DNA from: a bacterium (candidate division B38) B3_B38
GTDB taxonomy: Bacteria; Acidobacteriota; B3-B38; Guanabaribacteriales; B3-B38
NCBI GenBank assembly: GCA_005223145.1
Contig: NJBL01000003.1
Coordinates: 1 to 60,843 of the forward strand
Length of the DNA stretch: 60,843 bases
Direction of reading: 5' to 3'
This document shows positions 59,196 through 60,843 of this stretch, piece after piece. The stretch's first letter is position 1; every line of letters starts with the position of its first letter. A model generated the notes under the pieces. The model was not told the origin of the DNA, searched no databases, and was given only the letters and a program-made list of their open reading frames with translations. A program made the position numbers and the translations under genes.

Positions 59196-60152
59196 ATGAG
59201 CAGAACAGGTCTTGTCTATCACCCCGATTACCTGAAGCACAATCCCGGAGGTGGACATCCGGAGAACCCGCAGCGGCTGCAGGGCATCATCGAGCACCTC
59301 AAGAAGGTCAGCATATGGACCCAGTTAGTGCACATCGAGCCCGCCATGGCTTCGGAAGAGTTGCTTGAGCTGGTTCATACCAAAGAGCACATTGAACGAG
59401 TCAGGTTGACGAGCCAGCAAGGCTTCGGCTGCCTCGACCAGGGTGACACCCTCGTTTCCACACTGTCCTTTGCCGTCGCCCGTCTGGCAGTGGGGGGTGT
59501 GCTCAAGGCGGTGGATGCTGTTATGCAAGGGACTGTGGATAACGCCTTCGCCGCCATTAGACCCCCGGGGCATCATGCCGAACGAGACAGGGCAATGGGC
59601 TTCTGCCTCTTCAACAATGTGGCTATTGCCGCCCGCTATCTGCAGCAGAACTGGAAAATCGAGAGAGTTCTCATTGTTGATTGGGATGTCCACCACGGCA
59701 ACGGCACCCAGCATATCTTTGAAGAGGACCCCACCGTCCTCTACTTCAGCACCCATCAATACCCCTACTATCCGGGAACTGGCTCAGCCGCGGAAAAGGG
59801 GAAGGGTAGGGGCGAAGGGTATACCCTCAACATACCCCTCGCCTACGGAAGCGATGAGGAGGACTACCTCAGAGCTTTTCAGACAGAGCTGCTTCCTGCT
59901 GCCCTTTCCTTTAAGCCCGATTTCATTCTCATATCCGCCGGCTTCGATGCTCACCAAGACGACCCGCTGGCTGGAATGAAGCTTACCGAGAACTCCTATT
60001 ACCAGTTCACACGGATAATAAAGAACATAGCCTCCGATGCCTGCCAGGGCAGAATTGTCTCCATGCTGGAAGGGGGATATAACCTGATTAGCCTCAGCCG
60101 CAGCCTGGAGAGTCATCTCAAAGCCCTGATGGAGGATGAGGGCACCCGATAG
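59196..60152 (+). CDS. Histone deacetylase-family (AcuC/AphA-like) protein
   Basis: Motifs HPENPQR, RPPGHHA, DVHHGNGT, GFDAH and LEGGY. Confidence 0.93.
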   Translation: MSRTGLVYHPDYLKHNPGGGHPENPQRLQGIIEHLKKVSIWTQLVHIEPAMASEELLELVHTKEHIERVRLTSQQGFGCLDQGDTLVSTLSFAVARLAVGGVLKAVDAVMQGTVDNAFAAIRPPGHHAERDRAMGFCLFNNVAIAARYLQQNWKIERVLIVDWDVHHGNGTQHIFEEDPTVLYFSTHQYPYYPGTGSAAEKGKGRGEGYTLNIPLAYGSDEEDYLRAFQTELLPAALSFKPDFILISAGFDAHQDDPLAGMKLTENSYYQFTRIIKNIASDACQGRIVSMLEGGYNLISLSRSLESHLKALMEDEGTR

Positions 60153-60204
60153 GGGAAGAAGGGTTTAATATAATGGTGGCTGAAAATCAGGGACAATCTT
60201 TTTC

Positions 60205-60234
60205 TTGACATTATCAGTAGTTGTAGGCTAATAT
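60205..60234 (+). promoter_or_regulatory. Sigma70-type promoter candidate
   Basis: TTGACA-18 nt-TAATAT. Confidence 0.5.
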
Positions 60235-60475
60235 TTTAATATATTTTATATATCAAGAAAGGAGATGAGAGAGGCGAGGTTAATCAAAGATTACAAAAAG
60301 GTTTTTCACTCTGAGTTTTTACCAGATTATTATTCTGCTCAGAGCTGTTGGGGATAAGCATAAATTGCGTAGAACTCATTTATCATTCATACAAATAGCA
60401 AATGATCTGTAATTCTCCTCACCGCGGTGGTGGGGGAATAATTTTAACCAATTTTAAAAAAATGAGGTAGCTAAA

Positions 60476-60843
60476 ATGTCAAGGCGGAATGGTTTTATCG
60501 TTTCGGTTTTTCTGGTCTTTAATCTTGCCCTCTCCGGGGTACTTTGTGCTCAGCGGGTGATTGACCTGGATAAGGTGTGGGGCGATATGCGTGTTCTGGG
60601 GCGTAATGTAGAAGATATATTTGGCGCCAAGCTGGACCGTGGAGATATCAACGGTGATGGCTATCAGGACATCATCATCGGTGCCTACTGCGCTGACCCC
60701 AAAGGACGCAACTTTGCCGGTGAGACCTATGTCATCTTCGGCTCCAGCAGCCCACCTTCAACTTTAGACTTGGCCTTCCAATCCGCCGACATCACCATCT
60801 ATGGGGCTGCTGCCAATGATTACCTTGGACATTCAGTGGCCAG
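60476..60843 (+). CDS. FG-GAP/integrin-alpha repeat protein (partial, runs off the window)
   Basis: A signal peptide precedes GDINGDGYQDIIIGA...AGETYVIFG. The frame is open to the window end. Confidence 0.85.
   Translation, partial: MSRRNGFIVSVFLVFNLALSGVLCAQRVIDLDKVWGDMRVLGRNVEDIFGAKLDRGDINGDGYQDIIIGAYCADPKGRNFAGETYVIFGSSSPPSTLDLAFQSADITIYGAAANDYLGHSVA

Noticed and set aside
60267-60361. 30-codon ORF (MREARLIK...) after AAGGAG
   Set aside because: The SD abuts the ATG with no spacer and the peptide has no recognisable features.
1-60843. Genome-wide UGA reassignment (code 4/25) to explain the TGAs at 2148 and 59030
   Set aside because: Several genes end in TGA exactly at their expected C-termini (kdsD 6751, MEMO1 26374, tmk 27039), so UGA is a normal stop here.
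1-60843. CRISPR array, tRNA, rRNA, IS/transposase or integrase
   Set aside because: I saw no regularly spaced repeats, cloverleaf/T-loop signatures, rRNA motifs or transposase/integrase ORFs.

Overview
A bacterial chromosomal window, probably from an Acidobacteriota-like lineage (inferred from gene content such as the atypical Hfq/Sm-like protein and the 56989-57288 hypothetical, not from a marker gene). Most of it is housekeeping: kdsD, an OPT transporter, rodZ, recA, trkA, an acyl-CoA carboxylase set, tmk-holB-PSP1, pdxA-lolA, a polyprenyl synthase, thiM-thiE, phoH-HD-ybeY-corC-era, mgtE, nadB and an HDAC-family gene. Three AT-rich accessory segments stand out: about 1-4300, 21640-23430 and 45790-46823. 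The best hidden signal is at 1884-2648 (minus). Two separately called ORFs are one frame interrupted by a single TGA (2148-2150), followed at bacterial-SECIS spacing by a G-loop hairpin. Read through, this gives a 254-aa secreted Cys/Trp-rich protein with 11 Cys plus the UGA residue, a candidate new selenoprotein family. Other unannotated signals are a candidate sigma54-driven sRNA with a near-perfect anti-Shine-Dalgarno sequence (about 7056-7192), a ~260-nt multi-hairpin leader before the Hfq-like gene, a HEPN/MNT plus unknown-gene island, an in-frame TGA before the conserved tail of nadB, and decayed remnants of yajQ, an M42 peptidase, an hldE kinase and an OMP paralog. I saw no rRNA, tRNA, CRISPR array or transposase. 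All calls come from reading motifs by eye; no searches or folding programs were run.
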